NCBI GenBank assembly: GCA_000697335.1 | Contig: JNEM01006077.1 | Span: 1 to 46,014, forward strand | Length of the DNA stretch: 46,014 nucleotides | Direction of reading: 5' to 3' | Origin: Conidiobolus incongruus B7586 | Lineage: Eukaryota | Shown here: positions 14,030 to 27,216 of the stretch, piece after piece | How positions within the stretch are numbered: the first letter of the stretch is position 1 | How the letters are laid out: every line of letters starts with the position of its first letter | Made by a program: the position numbers and the translations under genes | Notes under the pieces: model-generated | The model's database searches: none | The model's input: only the letters and a program-made list of their open reading frames with translations | What the model was told of the DNA's origin: nothing

Positions 14030-15905
14030 CAAAATTATCTAAGATCAAAATATAGTATTAAAATTTGAGACAAAAGTGTGTTTATGTATTTTTGAAAAGA
14101 TTCAATAGAATTTGAAATTCGATATAGGCTTTTGAAATATTATTATCTGATGTTACCCTGAAATTTACAACGTTAAAATCAGCAAACTCTATAATATGAT
14201 GTTGAAAAATGTATTAGATGGATTATTTATCAAATATTCTCAAAAATCGATATTATGAAAAAAATTACATATTAACACGTCTTTAACCTTTAAGACATAT
14301 TAATTAAATAGGCAAAATACTGTTAATAAAACGTTCCTATTTTTGACAAATTTGGTTATTTGGTTGAATTTAACATTGTTATTTAATTCATATATATATT
14401 TATCATAACTAACTTCTTTTTTATTTAAATTAATTGTCATTTTAATTTTACTATAATCAAAATAAGTTAATATGATGAGATTAAATTATATAAATAAAAA
14501 AATTAATTGAGATTACAAAAATTTATCTATATTTTAAAAGACTCATATATTTTGAGTTAATAAAAATATTCTATTGACTTAATAAAATTTTTCAATTATA
14601 TTTATTAATTATTTTCCTTTATAAAATATGAGAAAATATAAATTTTATTAATTCAAATAAGACTATTATTTTATATTAATGTTTAAATATATTGAAGTAA
14701 AATATCACACTATTTTGAATGCAATTAAACAATAATATAAATATATTATTTATCAATTTGTGCTAAAATATATAATGTATAGTAGAATATGATTTAAAAA
14801 TTAGAAATATTAATCAAAATCCATCATTTTATAATATATATGTAAATAATTATTTACTAATAAGATAACTTATGAACAAAACTTTTAATTCATTTAAATT
14901 TAAAAATAGTTTAAGTCTTAAAATATCAAATATTTAATATCTTATATTATTATTCATTTATATGTTATTTATTAGCATAGTAATCATTAACCAAAATATC
15001 ATTATTTTTACGGAATAATATATCAATATTATATATTATACTTTCGCACACATTAAAATTTAAAAATTATTTCTTATTATTTATATATAAATGATAATAT
15101 TCCAATAGTAATTGTTTAAAAATATTTAATTAAGTTTCTATATATATTCTATTTTATTATATTATAACTGAAATGAGTTTATAAAAATTTTTTTATACTA
15201 ATAATATATCAACAAAAAAATTAATGAACTGAATGCTAATAAAAATTATAAATTATTTATGTTTAATCAATCTATAAATAAATCTAAAATAAATTTCAAT
15301 AAAATAAAATCATATATATATTTAAAGAAAATATATCAATTAATGGTAAATTAATAGTATTAACACTTATTTGATATTTTTCCATATTCAATAATATTGA
15401 TTTTTATAAATTATCCATTGATTAAAAATAAAAGTATAAAGTTATATTATGAAAAGAATAAATATTTGATAAATTAATATATTATATTAAATATATAAGA
15501 ATAAGACTATAAAATAAAATGAATATAGGTAACTATTGATTACATGTAAATGTATTAATTTCAGAATCTAAATAAATCTTGAATCTCTATTATTCAAAAT
15601 ATAGTGTTAAAAGTATTATATAATATATATTATAATATCATAATAGATCAAAGATATTCACAGTATAATTTTTATATATGTTTAAATTCAAATTTAAAGT
15701 TACTGCGTTTAATAAAGGTGTCAGTGATATATTGAATTACTTTTATTACCTACAATATTTTGTTACATATTTATTGAATAGTATCAATCGGTTTAATTAC
15801 AATATTGAATTTGAAATACTTTGATCGTTAAGAATAATTTTCCAAAACTGTATAAGGATTGAAAATAATTTAAAGTATTATGTAATAGATTCAATAACAG
15901 TCTTA

Positions 15906-15929
15906 ATATATATATATATATATATATAT
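15906..15929. repeat. (AT)n microsatellite
   Basis: About 12 perfect AT units. Confidence 0.95.
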
Positions 15930-17379
15930 TGGGTTTTCCATATATTCATAATGAATCAACCAAAATATCAATTTTTTGATATATTCCTATTAAATCACCA
16001 AATCAAAACACTAATTGAAAAAAATTAAATCAATTGTGATTTTTAAAAAATATATTAAATAAAAAATAATTAGCTTAATTATTGATATAAATGTAATATA
16101 CTTCAGATAATTATATACTATATATCAAAACTAAAATTTCCAAATACAGCCTATATATCCATTTTGTACAGTTCGAAAAAGGAAATACCTTTTTTAAAAT
16201 CCTTAGTATTTGAATAATTGATGAGTTGAAAATTATTACCTATAAAATTCAGAAGAAAAATATTGATACATAAATATATCATCATTCAAATTTTATATAA
16301 ATATTTATTAAAGTAATTATAATATAAAAATTTTAATATCAAATACGTAATAATTTCTTTTATGAAATTAATTAAAAATATCGGGTATTATTACCAAATA
16401 AAATTTAAAAGACATATTTTAAAAATGCATATATCACTTATTTGAATTAAAAATCATTGAACTATTAAATTTTTAATATTAAGTAAGCAAATTAGATATA
16501 TTGATTTCAAAATTGATGTTGGAACTGGAAATCTAGCGAAAATTTGATAAATATGCAAACTGGTCCACAAATGGAATATTTTAATTATTGGATTGATTTT
16601 AAAAATATTATTATAAAAATATATTTTATAATATGAAAAATAAACCTAATATTATAATATGATAAGTTCTCAATTGTATTAAATAATTATGAATAATAAT
16701 AAAATATAATTTATGCAATCAATTCTAATTAAATATTAAAATAATTAACATAAAAAAAATAATGTTTAAAATATTACTTAAATAAGTTATATAATTATTT
16801 AAGATGACGTCAAGTTCAATAATAATAAACAAATAAAAGGAATAATAAACAATATAAAAGAAATAAATATTACCAAAAAATCATGAGGAATAAAAATATT
16901 GGCCAATAATAAACCAAAATTGAAGCTTAAATTAGAATAATATTTAAATAAAAATTGGTATATGAATTTCTCATTCTACAAATATTAAAATTTAATCCTG
17001 AAAGCTTTAATCTTTATATATATATGTATAATATTTGGTAATATTAAACAGTTTTTAAGATAAGTTTTCACAGAAAAAAAAGAAAAATTAAGAACCAAAA
17101 TTTTATTCACATTTATAGTAAATTATTAAAATTATTTATTAAATTTATATATATTTTTATTAATTGTAAAAAAAACAACAAATTAAAATTCAAAAAAAAT
17201 TTTTTTTTGAACAGTTTTATAAATTAATGATAATAATAATAATAATTTATTATTATTTATAACTCTATATTATATGATTTCATTTTGTCTTACCAAGGGA
17301 TTTGAAATAATTATTTTCTTCATATAGGAATCTATCATATGATAATTTTTTGAATAAGCGATAGTTTTTAAATTTAGAT

Positions 17380-17960
17380 AAATGGTGCCGAGAGCTATAC
17401 TTAATATAGAAATTTTTGGCTATGTTAGAACTAGATTGATTCTAATATATTTTTTAGGCAAATCGAATGATTGATTCACCAATTGTAAAGTGGACCACCA
17501 AGGGGTTAAATCTGTAATTCATATATTTATTTAATATTGATTCAAGCTTATTCAAGTTTTTGATTCTGAATTTACTTATTATTACATTTATGAAATGCTT
17601 AATGAAGTATTAATTGAGAATTAGGATATTGTGGATGATATCATTAGATCATGATGATATTCGAATGATACTTGGTTCTGCTGATGGATGAAGTTAGTCT
17701 TTTTCCAATACATTTTATGCTAATTATCAAAGATTCATCATAGTACATTACCATTAATTGATTAATGACTAGCATTTTTAAAATTTATTATTAAAAAAAG
17801 TTTTTGTTACATTAAGCGAATTTGTAAGTGGTTGTGAGGTGGGATTAATTGAGATTTATCCAAGGTTTTTCCTTAGCCAATTATTCCTATTCGTCAGAAT
17901 TCAGCTTACATCATCATTTATAGTGTGATATAATTCAAGTGACTGGGACTTTCTTCCAAT
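17380..17960 (+). pseudogene. Probable decayed multi-exon WD40 gene (F-box/WD, beta-TrCP/Cdc4-like)
   Basis: Intron-like segments at 17424-17457, 17514-17546 and 17693-17732 (GT...AG, two with CTAAT). Fragments LIQVFDSE, GYCG / SLDHDDIRMILGSADG, FVSGCEVGLIEIY and FVRIQL...DWDF resemble WD40 repeats. Stops and frameshifts interrupt them. Confidence 0.42.
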
Positions 17961-17971
17961 GTGGGATTATA

Positions 17972-18709
17972 TTATGAACTATGATTCGTTTTATCCAATG
18001 GCTCGGTTAATCGGGTCATAGAATGTGAGGTGGCAGCACTCTTGGAGTATGGAAATAGTTGATCAAAATTGGGATCCTTGATCTTTTGGTTAGTACTGTT
18101 AGGCTGTTGGCTATTTTGACTGATCATCTGCTTTTTTCTTCCCTGTCTCCTATTTTGGAACCAAATCTGCACTGATCGATCAGATAAGCCCAATTTAGCG
18201 GCAATAGACGATCTCACTTCGCTTGTTGGAAAGTTATTTATTTCAAAGATTTTTTCCAGCTCTTTAACTTGTGCTTGACTGATAAATGTACGCTTATTCC
18301 TGGGCTTTCCTTTGGGAACAGACTGGATCGAATATGGAAATAGAGTGGCGGAAAATTCTCTTGGTATGGATCTATGCAGTGGTGTAACCATTGGATGCTC
18401 AGAATTTGGTTTATTGCTCTTTTCTTGAGCTTGATATTTTTCAAATGTTTGAAGAGATTGGCGCTGAGTGTAGTTAGGTGTTGAATGAGCTAACGGTATT
18501 TCTTGGGGTAAGGGATACGATGTCATATTAGCATTATACCAATTGTGAATTTGGGAGGGATGGTAAGAATGCGTATGATGAGAATCAAGGTAAGATATAC
18601 CTGGTAGTTGGTGTTGGTTGGTGTTTGAAGACTGATTTGAAGGAAAAGGAACAGGAGCAGTAGTGGAAGAGTGTAAATGAGAAGTTGATAAAATATGATG
18701 GAAATCCAT
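17972..18709 (-). CDS. Homeodomain transcription factor (Yox1/Yhp1-like), about 245 aa
   Basis: Homeodomain PRNKRTFISQAQVKELEKIFEINNFPTSEVRSSIAAKLGLSDRSVQIWFQNRRQ. First ATG is at 18709 (MDFHHIL); the ORF-track start is a TTG. Confidence 0.9.
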   Translation of the reverse strand: MDFHHILSTSHLHSSTTAPVPFPSNQSSNTNQHQLPGISYLDSHHTHSYHPSQIHNWYNANMTSYPLPQEIPLAHSTPNYTQRQSLQTFEKYQAQEKSNKPNSEHPMVTPLHRSIPREFSATLFPYSIQSVPKGKPRNKRTFISQAQVKELEKIFEINNFPTSEVRSSIAAKLGLSDRSVQIWFQNRRQGRKKQMISQNSQQPNSTNQKIKDPNFDQLFPYSKSAATSHSMTRLTEPLDKTNHSS

Positions 18710-19746
18710 TAATATAAACAATTAAAATATACACATATACGCATAAAAATACGTATCAAAAATTAAATTACGAAAAACTATAGTTCAACCTGAAAAATGA
18801 GTGCTATTTATACTTTTTGATAAATTATGAAAATAAATAAAAATTCAGCATTCGGAATATTTCAATGTTAATCCAAATTTTTTTATCCATATTAAGGTAT
18901 TAGTAAGCCAATGACCATTCAAGTTTAATGAAAATGTTTCATTATTATTCATTAACATATCATTTATAGCCAATATAGTTCATTTATTGCAATATAGATT
19001 TGAAAATGTATACACTTGTTTATAACTAATTAAATTTATTACGAACATATTATCAAATCAAATTTATGATTTATTTACTATGATAGAATTATTAATCTTA
19101 TCAATCCTAAGAGTTTTAAGTTGGATAAAAAAAGTAGTTAACTATCTCAATAAGTATAAATTAATTGCCACTTTTCTCTATGTATTAAAAATGCCAATAA
19201 CTAAAAGCTTGAATCCACATTAAATTTGAATAAATTCAATCCACTTTTTTTCTTGAGTTCTCACAAAAATAAAAAAATATATATATATATTATCAATTCA
19301 TAAAAAAATAAATTGTTTAAAATTTATATCAGTATTAAGTCATTTCAGAATAATTGATCAAGTTCTTTAAAATGAAGATTAACTAATTTCTATATATTGA
19401 AATTATTATTAATAATATAAATCTAATTATGTACTAATAACATATATTCATTAACTGATTAATTATTTCTAAATTCATATCTAAAAAGTGATAACTTAAT
19501 AATCAATTATATTTATATATCATTAAAATGAATATTTGGCATATGAGCAATTAAATCATAATCATCCTTTGATATAATTATAATTTATTTGTATTCAAAT
19601 TTGCAAAACAATTTATTTACATCACAAAAAATACAAGCTTAATTGTTTGAATATTTGAATAATATTTTAAATGTAGTACTCCTTTATATTAACCATATTT
19701 GATAGTATACTTAAGAGTGATACAGTGATGTTTTATTAATAAATAC

Positions 19747-20325
19747 CAGCTGTAATTGTGGGAGGGAATAGACTTTTAGAGCTTAAACGAGAAACCTCCA
19801 GTGGTAAACGATAGGTTACCACGAAGTTAGGGGAAATTAATGGGGTTCAGCAAATGAGGTGAAAACAGCTTGCTGTGAATCGGGTTCTTCGAGTAAAGTA
19901 AATATCTCACGCTCGTCACGACTCAATACTTTTGTGAGGATTACGAGGAAAACTTAGAGACTGGATACTTTTGAAATGAAGATAAGAGATATGTTTATTA
20001 GCTCATACATGATAATCTTATATTAGCTTTTATTGTTGATTTTTATGGATAGGAATGGCTCAGTGACAGAAAGGAACACAACCACCCAGTTCAGGAAATG
20101 GGTGTTCTCTAATGTGACTTCTCGATTCAGTGTGATAATCGCAATTTCTTGAGTGATTGACAAGATTATCTCCCATCATAAGCATAATTTAGAGTTATAA
20201 GTTTGTAATTCGTAAGTAATTGAAAATGGTAGCATAAATATTGACTTCGACTGTTTCTAGTAATGCTATTTCCGGAGCTTAACACTAAAATGGAAAGTAT
20301 TACCCGCACTTGATCATGTTCAATA
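19747..20325. mobile_element. Possible solo-LTR-like insertion (boundaries uncertain)
   Basis: GC-elevated non-coding island in AT-rich DNA. Shares a TTAGGG..A..ATGGGGTT motif and a CACTTGA.CATG terminal motif with the 32.0 and 33.9 kb repeats. No clean TSD found. Confidence 0.4.
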
Positions 20326-23249
20326 ACCATAAAATACATTCCAATGATTATATCAAATATTACTACTAATATTAACCATGTTTTTATGAATATTTATTGC
20401 TTTATGATTTAATTATGTATTCAAAATAATTTTTATTTTACTAAATACTAATTTTATCAACGCTATTATATAACTCTATAAGTTTATTTTATTCAAGTCA
20501 AATAGAAATCAGAATAATATAATATATAATATTATCAAAGTATTCATAATATTTCAAAGGTGAAAAAAATTCTTTCTAGGTTAAATACTCGCCAAGTTGC
20601 AAAATATTCTATAATACAAGTTGAATAATTGAAATGGGTATAATCGCGTGAAATATTCCTAATCTTGAATTAATTTCACCTTTTCATATATTAATAGTCC
20701 CTCTCTTATTGATCAAATTGGATTATGATTTGGTTAAAATTATGATTGTTTGAATTAATACCAAATCCTATATTGATATATTGATTTTATAAATTCTGGG
20801 TTAATTATTATTAATGAATTTTTTGGTTTTGTTATATTGATATAGTAATTGTTAAAAATTTTTTTTGAAAACTTGATTCTTTTAAATTTTATTCTATATG
20901 GAATATTAATTATTTAATTGTCATAGTTTTTTTGATATTGTAGCTGATGTGATAATAAATCATTTAATCCATATTAATTACATTAAAGATCCATATCAAA
21001 TAACTAATGTTTGATATTATATTTTAATACCAATAATATAATACTTTTATGAATAGCAACCAATATTATCATTGCTATATTGAAAACCAATCATATAACG
21101 TTTTGTGAATAATGGCCAATCCTAATCCGAATGATATATTTATCGGAATTAAGCAATTGTGCTACATTATAAAATTTAGGAAATTAATTAACAACAATGA
21201 ATATCAATATAATGCAATAATCAATAAATCAAACTAGTATAATTACCCAAGCAAATATAAAAAATTTAACTCTGAATTTTTTATTAAGTTTTGCAAAAAT
21301 TTTTATTGCATATAATCTACATCTATTTGACAATTATGAATAATCAATTCTTTTTAAAATAAATTTACAAAATATTACCAATGATATAAATTATATAAAT
21401 TACAATAAATATGATAATATTATCATTTAGGGCTACATAAAATGATATGTTTTAAATAAAACAATGAAATTAAATATTCTATAAAATATTTCAAAAGAAA
21501 TAAAAATGAAAGATTTAAATTGGTAAATCATGTATTATAGCTAAACAGGGATAATCTAATTATTCACTTTCAACTTATTCAAAGCTATATAATGTAGGAA
21601 ATTTTATAAATACAAGTTTGTTTAAATAATTCAGCATAATTGTTAAACTTATAGATAATAATCGCTTTAAATCATTATCGATTAAGTTAAATATTATTTT
21701 TGTAGAATATTCAATTTTAATATTTTGAATTATTACTCTGTTTTGTATAATCACTGTAATCAATTTTTCCAATGCTTGATAATATTCTCAGCGAAAGTCT
21801 CATGAAAGCATTGCAATACAACTATAAAGTAGATATGTTGTAAAGTTTAGAATAAATTAATGTTTTTAATAATAAATATTGTGATTGATATCAAATTGAA
21901 AATTATTTAATTAATATAATAAATTTAGGAATTTTATGTACTATGACTCTTTAAATTAAAATTGATAAATAATTATTTTAATATAACTCTTAATGAATTC
22001 ATAATATAAAGTAATATTTTACCATAGGTAATCAGAAATAAGTTCCAAATTTTTTAAATTAAAATATTTTGGTATATAAATAACTGGTTATTAGGTAACA
22101 ATATCTGAATGAAATATCAACCATATTTTATTCTTTAGGTTTTGAAGAAGGTTGTATATAAAATAGAACATCTCAAACATTTTTTTATTAAATGATTATG
22201 TATTTATAAATAAGATCATAGTAGAAATTATACATAATAATCATATATCTTTAAAATCACCTATCAAATTTTATTGAATTCAAATAATTCCACCATTTCC
22301 GAAAAAAATTGTTCTTATTTTACCAGTTTTTTCAGCCAATAATTCAAATGTACTTGAATTATTTATGTTATTTTTGATTCCAATATTAATCATATTATAT
22401 TGCTTTTCAATCAAAAATAAGAGATATATGATGCTGAAACTAGCTGAATGCTCATTTTAACATGAATTATATAGTATATATAGATAGCAATTATTTATTA
22501 AATTTTTATTTTTGTTTCAGATAAATTTTTTAAATATGAGAAAATTATTTTTCAAAATACTAGTACCTATTATATAATATGAAATTATTTAATGTAATTT
22601 CAATAAAATTTTCAGATGAAATATTAAAGATCTTACTACTAAATGGAAAATGGAATAGAATTAATAGGAATTGCAGGGAGGTGAAAGAGACGATCTGATA
22701 TGAAATGATCCATATTAATTCGTTCACTTTTTTGGTAAATTTTAAATATATAAATACCAAAATATTATTACAAAAATTAATTAGAATAAATATGAATGTA
22801 ATTTAATAATCTAGAGTTTTTATATCGGAGGTATAGGTTCAAAGTTCAAATCATGGTCAGGATCGTTTTAATTTAATGATTGGTCTCATGATTAATAATT
22901 TATCTTAATACTAGTTTTTAATATTAATTCACTTGTTAATTTAATAGTGATTCATTTTGGGGAATACCTGTAGCCAATCAATATCTCTTAATAATATTAA
23001 TTGTATAAAATATTTAAGTTAGGTTATTTTATTAATATAATATTTTTCAATTTTATAGAATTATTGAAATAACTTATATAATACTTTGATATTTTAACTA
23101 AATTATGAGAAATGGTTAATATTAGCCATTTATCAAAGTTAAATAATATAATAACCCTAGTTAATGATAATAATAATAATACTATTAATTTAATAATTTT
23201 TCATTTTTTTCAATGATTAAAATTTTATATATTATAAATTTTGGAATTT

Positions 23250-23450
23250 TTGACTCTTTCTAACGCAAGTTCTATGCAAATTTTTATAGGTATTATAAGT
23301 ATAAATATTGAGATAAATGATTTTAATATGTTGGGAAATATGAAATATTGCAAAGGAGTTGGTATGATACTCCTTCTGAAATTAAATATCCAAGATTCAC
23401 GCATGCTTCAGCTCCGTAGTACAGTTGGTATACTAAGCATCGAATAGAGT
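23250..23450 (-). mobile_element. Possible decayed Ty3/gypsy reverse-transcriptase fragment
   Basis: Minus-strand YYGAEACVNLGYLISEG...ISYFPT...KFA resembles the RT C-terminal pattern EV.YLG..IS..G...I..FP.P...YYRKF. Several stops. Confidence 0.3.
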
Positions 23451-24254
23451 TCTTACTAATCAATATGATGAGTATATAGAGTAGTAAACTAGAAGATTTT
23501 TCATTTTAATTCTGATTATTTTTAAACGATTCACTCTGATATATTATAGCTTGAGATAGAGATTAAGCAATGTAAAATTACAACTTAATGCTAGATTTCT
23601 AAGATTGACTAATAAATAGCGATAATTTTTGAATTTATATTAATTGATGATGAAATAATATATAGTCTTAGTATTGGTAATTATTTAGGATACTCTATAT
23701 CAATTTATTATCTATATGCATAACTGGTTTTGAAACTAAATATTTCTGTGTTTAATTTTATATTAAATAAGGTGACTAAGATTAGAGTAGTTAAAAATTT
23801 CAGTTCATATGACAAGTATTCAATATACTTTGTTTTTCTAAAGTAGTTAATGTAAAAATATAATTAATTTTTAACAAATCATGTACTAATATATATCTAT
23901 TTATATTTACAGGTATTCATTCCAATATTGATTTTATCTTGAAATATTTTATTATTTAAAATGCTACTAATTTTTCAAAATTGATTTGAATCTGAAAAAA
24001 AATTATTTTAAACATTATATGTCAATAAAAATATTTCCTTTAAAAGATATAATAGGAAGCTCTAGTTTGGTATTTTATATTGCTATATATTTATCCTTAG
24101 TTCATAAAGTATATTTAAAGACCTATACAAAAAGACTTTAGGATATTAAATTTTATATTCTATTGAAAATAATTGTACAAAGTTATGATTTTTAAATAGA
24201 TAATAAATAATTTAATATTTATTAATAAAGTGAGCAACTGATGATTATATTATG

Positions 24255-24282
<28 letters not shown>
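24255..24282. repeat. (AT)n microsatellite
   Basis: About 14 perfect AT units. Confidence 0.95.
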
Positions 24283-24286
<4 letters not shown>

Positions 24287-25241
24287 AGTATAACTAGAAA
24301 ATTTCAAATAATTTATACGATAATAGTCTTAATATTGATTCAACTTACTAAAAGCACTAAAATATCTGAGACCAATTTGAGTGATTAGTAAATTAAATAA
24401 AATTTAAGTAAAAAAAAGTTTCAAATATTAACTAATTTGGATTTTATTTCTCAGTATTAAAAAATATCACTACAAACAGAAATTAATAAAAAGTGAAAAA
24501 AAGATTAATACTGAATGTCAACCAAATATATCTCATAATATTTATATTTATTTGAATTTTGAAGTCTTAAAAAATCAAAAAATTGAATATATTTTGTTAG
24601 ATTAAAATTAAATCAATAATGGTATTACTTTATTATTATTATTTAATGATATGTTGTTGTTTTTTGTAATATACTTTGTAAATAAAGATCGTTGTTGCAA
24701 AGGTACTCGTAATATGATTTAGTAAAGTATTTATTAATCATGCTCTTTAACGTTTAGGGACTGTATGTCTTAAACTTGTCTTACTATTGATATGTCGCAT
24801 CAGAATATCCAATTTCACACTTGTCCCTCTTTCTTTATTACTTGTGGTTTTAAACAATCTATTCAGTGAATGACATAGGATTTAATTAAAATCTAACAAA
24901 GAAAGCAAAGAGTATCATTCAATGATATATCGACAAAACCAATTTACATTAGGGAAAATATTGAATCAATTATCAAATCTGGACAGACAGATATTTTCAA
25001 AATGCAGGAATATTCATTTTATTAATTTTGTTAAGGAGACATACTCTTCCCAATATTTCTCAATACTCAAACAGTTAAAATGTCAAACTACTCACTCAAC
25101 CTTAAGCAATTTTATTATTCAATAAAATTCCCATAATAAATTTTCAAATATCAAAAAATCATAAAAATTATCTATTGAAATCGCTTTATTAGAATAAAAC
25201 CTGGAAATATATATATATATAATTGAAAAAAGAAAATCCAA

Positions 25242-26719
25242 ATAGTAAAAAAAAAGGTTACTAATATACCAACTAAAATTAATCAACTCTATGTAAACTG
25301 GAGTAAAACTTACAGTTGTATACCCAAGAATACTTACTTTCCTAAGGATGAAGCTCAAATAATCACTGTAAATACTAGATAAATATATTACTTGAATATA
25401 TTAATAATAAGTTCAATAGATATTACAAATTGCAAAAGATTTAAATTTAAGGGTGAGAGCTGTTGGAGGTGGTTTAAGTCCTAGTGATATTGCGTGTACG
25501 AACGATATAATGATTAATTTATCTAGTTTGAATAATAATAATAATATAAATATAAATATTATAATTAATAAATTAATAGATTATAGATAGAGATGAAGGC
25601 TTAGTAAGAGTTCAAGCAGGTATTACTTTGGAAGAATTATGCAGACAGTTGGATCATTTGGGATTTGCTTTAAATAATATGGGATCCGTGTCGAAGCAAT
25701 CTTTGGCTGGTGCAATTGCTACAGGAGTCCATGGAACAGGTCTCAATTACGGGATCTTTTCGACACATGTGAGAGAGATTACCTTTATTACTTCGGGTTG
25801 TGAAAAGAATACAGCGAAATGGAATGATGATGATAAGGATTTATTTAATGCGATGTTATTTAATTTGGGATGTTTAGGTATTGTCACTGAAGTGGTATTA
25901 AAAGTAGAACCCGGATATACATTGAGAACTGTCCAGTATCCAGCCTCCTTGAAATTCATCTTGAACAACTTAGATGAAGTTTTGAAGAGTGGTGAACATG
26001 TTCGTTTTTGGTGGTTCCCCCACGTATTGCCAAAACCTCACAATTGCTTCATTTGGAAGGCTAGTCGTGTCGCTGAGTGAGATTATACATTAGATATCAT
26101 TAATCATCAATCTTGGCTCTCCAAACTTTGGGAACGCTTCATGCGTGTGAACATGTACGAATTTCTACTTTATATGGGCTCGTACTTCCCAAGCCTAGTC
26201 CCCTACATCAACACATTCTACTTCCGCAACTATTTTGACCGCACCATCATTCGTGAGGGTAAAGCTCACAACATTTTTACCTTCAACTGTTTATTTTCCC
26301 AATTCGTATCAGAATGGAGTATCCCCATCGAAAACACCCAACGAGCATTAGAGGCCCTTGAAATCTTTTTCAATGATACTCACATCAATTTCAAAGCTCA
26401 CTTTCCGGTCGAAGTCAGGTTTGTCCAAAACGACGATATTTTATTATCCAACTCTTACGGCCAAGCGTCGTGCTACATCGGCATCATTTCGTACCGACCT
26501 TTCGGCAAGTTCATCGAGCATCGAGCATACTGGGATCGCTTCGAGCAAGTCATGACAAATTTGGGAGGACGTCCCCACTGGGCCAAAGCTCACCCATTCA
26601 CTCAAGCCGATTTAAGAAAGGTCTACCCCAAATTGGATACGTTTTTAAAGATTCGAGAAACCTTAGATCCTTCTGGAATGTTCGTCAATGATTATATTAA
26701 GAGGCATTTATTGAACTAG
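25242..26719 (+). pseudogene. ALO1: L-gulonolactone / D-arabinono-1,4-lactone oxidase (GULO/ALO1 family) gene with in-frame TGA; recent pseudogene or recoded gene
   Basis: NWSKTYSC.P...FP exon; intron 25368-25419; VRAVGGGLSPSDIACT; VRVQAGITL; GAIATGVHGTG; LGCLGIV; SEHV-like GEHVRFWWFP; EWSIP; AHFPVEVR; GGRPHWAK; LDPSGMF. ORFs 25628-26080 and 26141-26719 share a frame and are separated only by TGA at 26078-26080. The family call is firm; functional status is not. Confidence 0.8.
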
Positions 26720-27216
26720 ATTTTATTTTAAGTGTTAAAACATTATTAGTTTTCAATTCCGGGATCATAATGAATTATATATATTTATTAATATAATTTT
26801 TGCCATATTGTATAAATTTTCAATAATCAAAATTTATATTAAATATACCTAAATAGTATAAATTCAGTTGCCTTATAGAATTTGTCTTAACATTTTATTG
26901 ATTATATAAACTCAATTATAATATCAGAGTAATTTCAATCACTATTTAGAATTTCAATACTGATAAAATATAAAAGGCTGTTGATCTTATATTATATATA
27001 TTAACTAAATCAATATAAATCCTTGTAAACTGTATTGTTAACATTATCAAAATCGATAAACTTTTTTCTACTGTTGATTGAAATTTATATTAAAATAATT
27101 ATAACATTAAAATTTTGAGCTAAATTATGATATTATTTAAGGTTTATATTATTGAATAATTGCTAATATTATAATTAATAATTGGTAATTAATATTTTCT
27201 TTTGATTCATTTAATA

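Noticed and set aside
16512..16545. IDVGTG, resembling methyltransferase motif I
   Set aside because: Isolated short match followed by a stop, with no supporting context.
20540..22370. Faint aspartic-protease-like fragments on the minus strand (YIIRIRIG..Q..LVF; SSTFE...FFGNG; ILQLGEYL)
   Set aside because: No DTG motif and too degenerate to support by eye; needs a profile search.
22825..22865. GTTCAAATC resembling a tRNA T-loop or B-box
   Set aside because: No cloverleaf or acceptor stem can be formed.
21575..25358. Small I/N/K/F-rich ORFs (21575, 22560, 23241, 24922, 25119)
   Set aside because: Composition is what AT-rich non-coding DNA gives by chance; no recognisable domains.
26077..26093. 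17-nt GTGAG...TAG micro-intron removing the TGA
   Set aside because: Removal shifts the frame and meets TAA within a few codons.
26078..26850. Selenocysteine recoding of the oxidase TGA
   Set aside because: The TGA lies in a variable linker, not at a conserved Cys, and I see no SECIS-like stem in the AT-rich 3' region.
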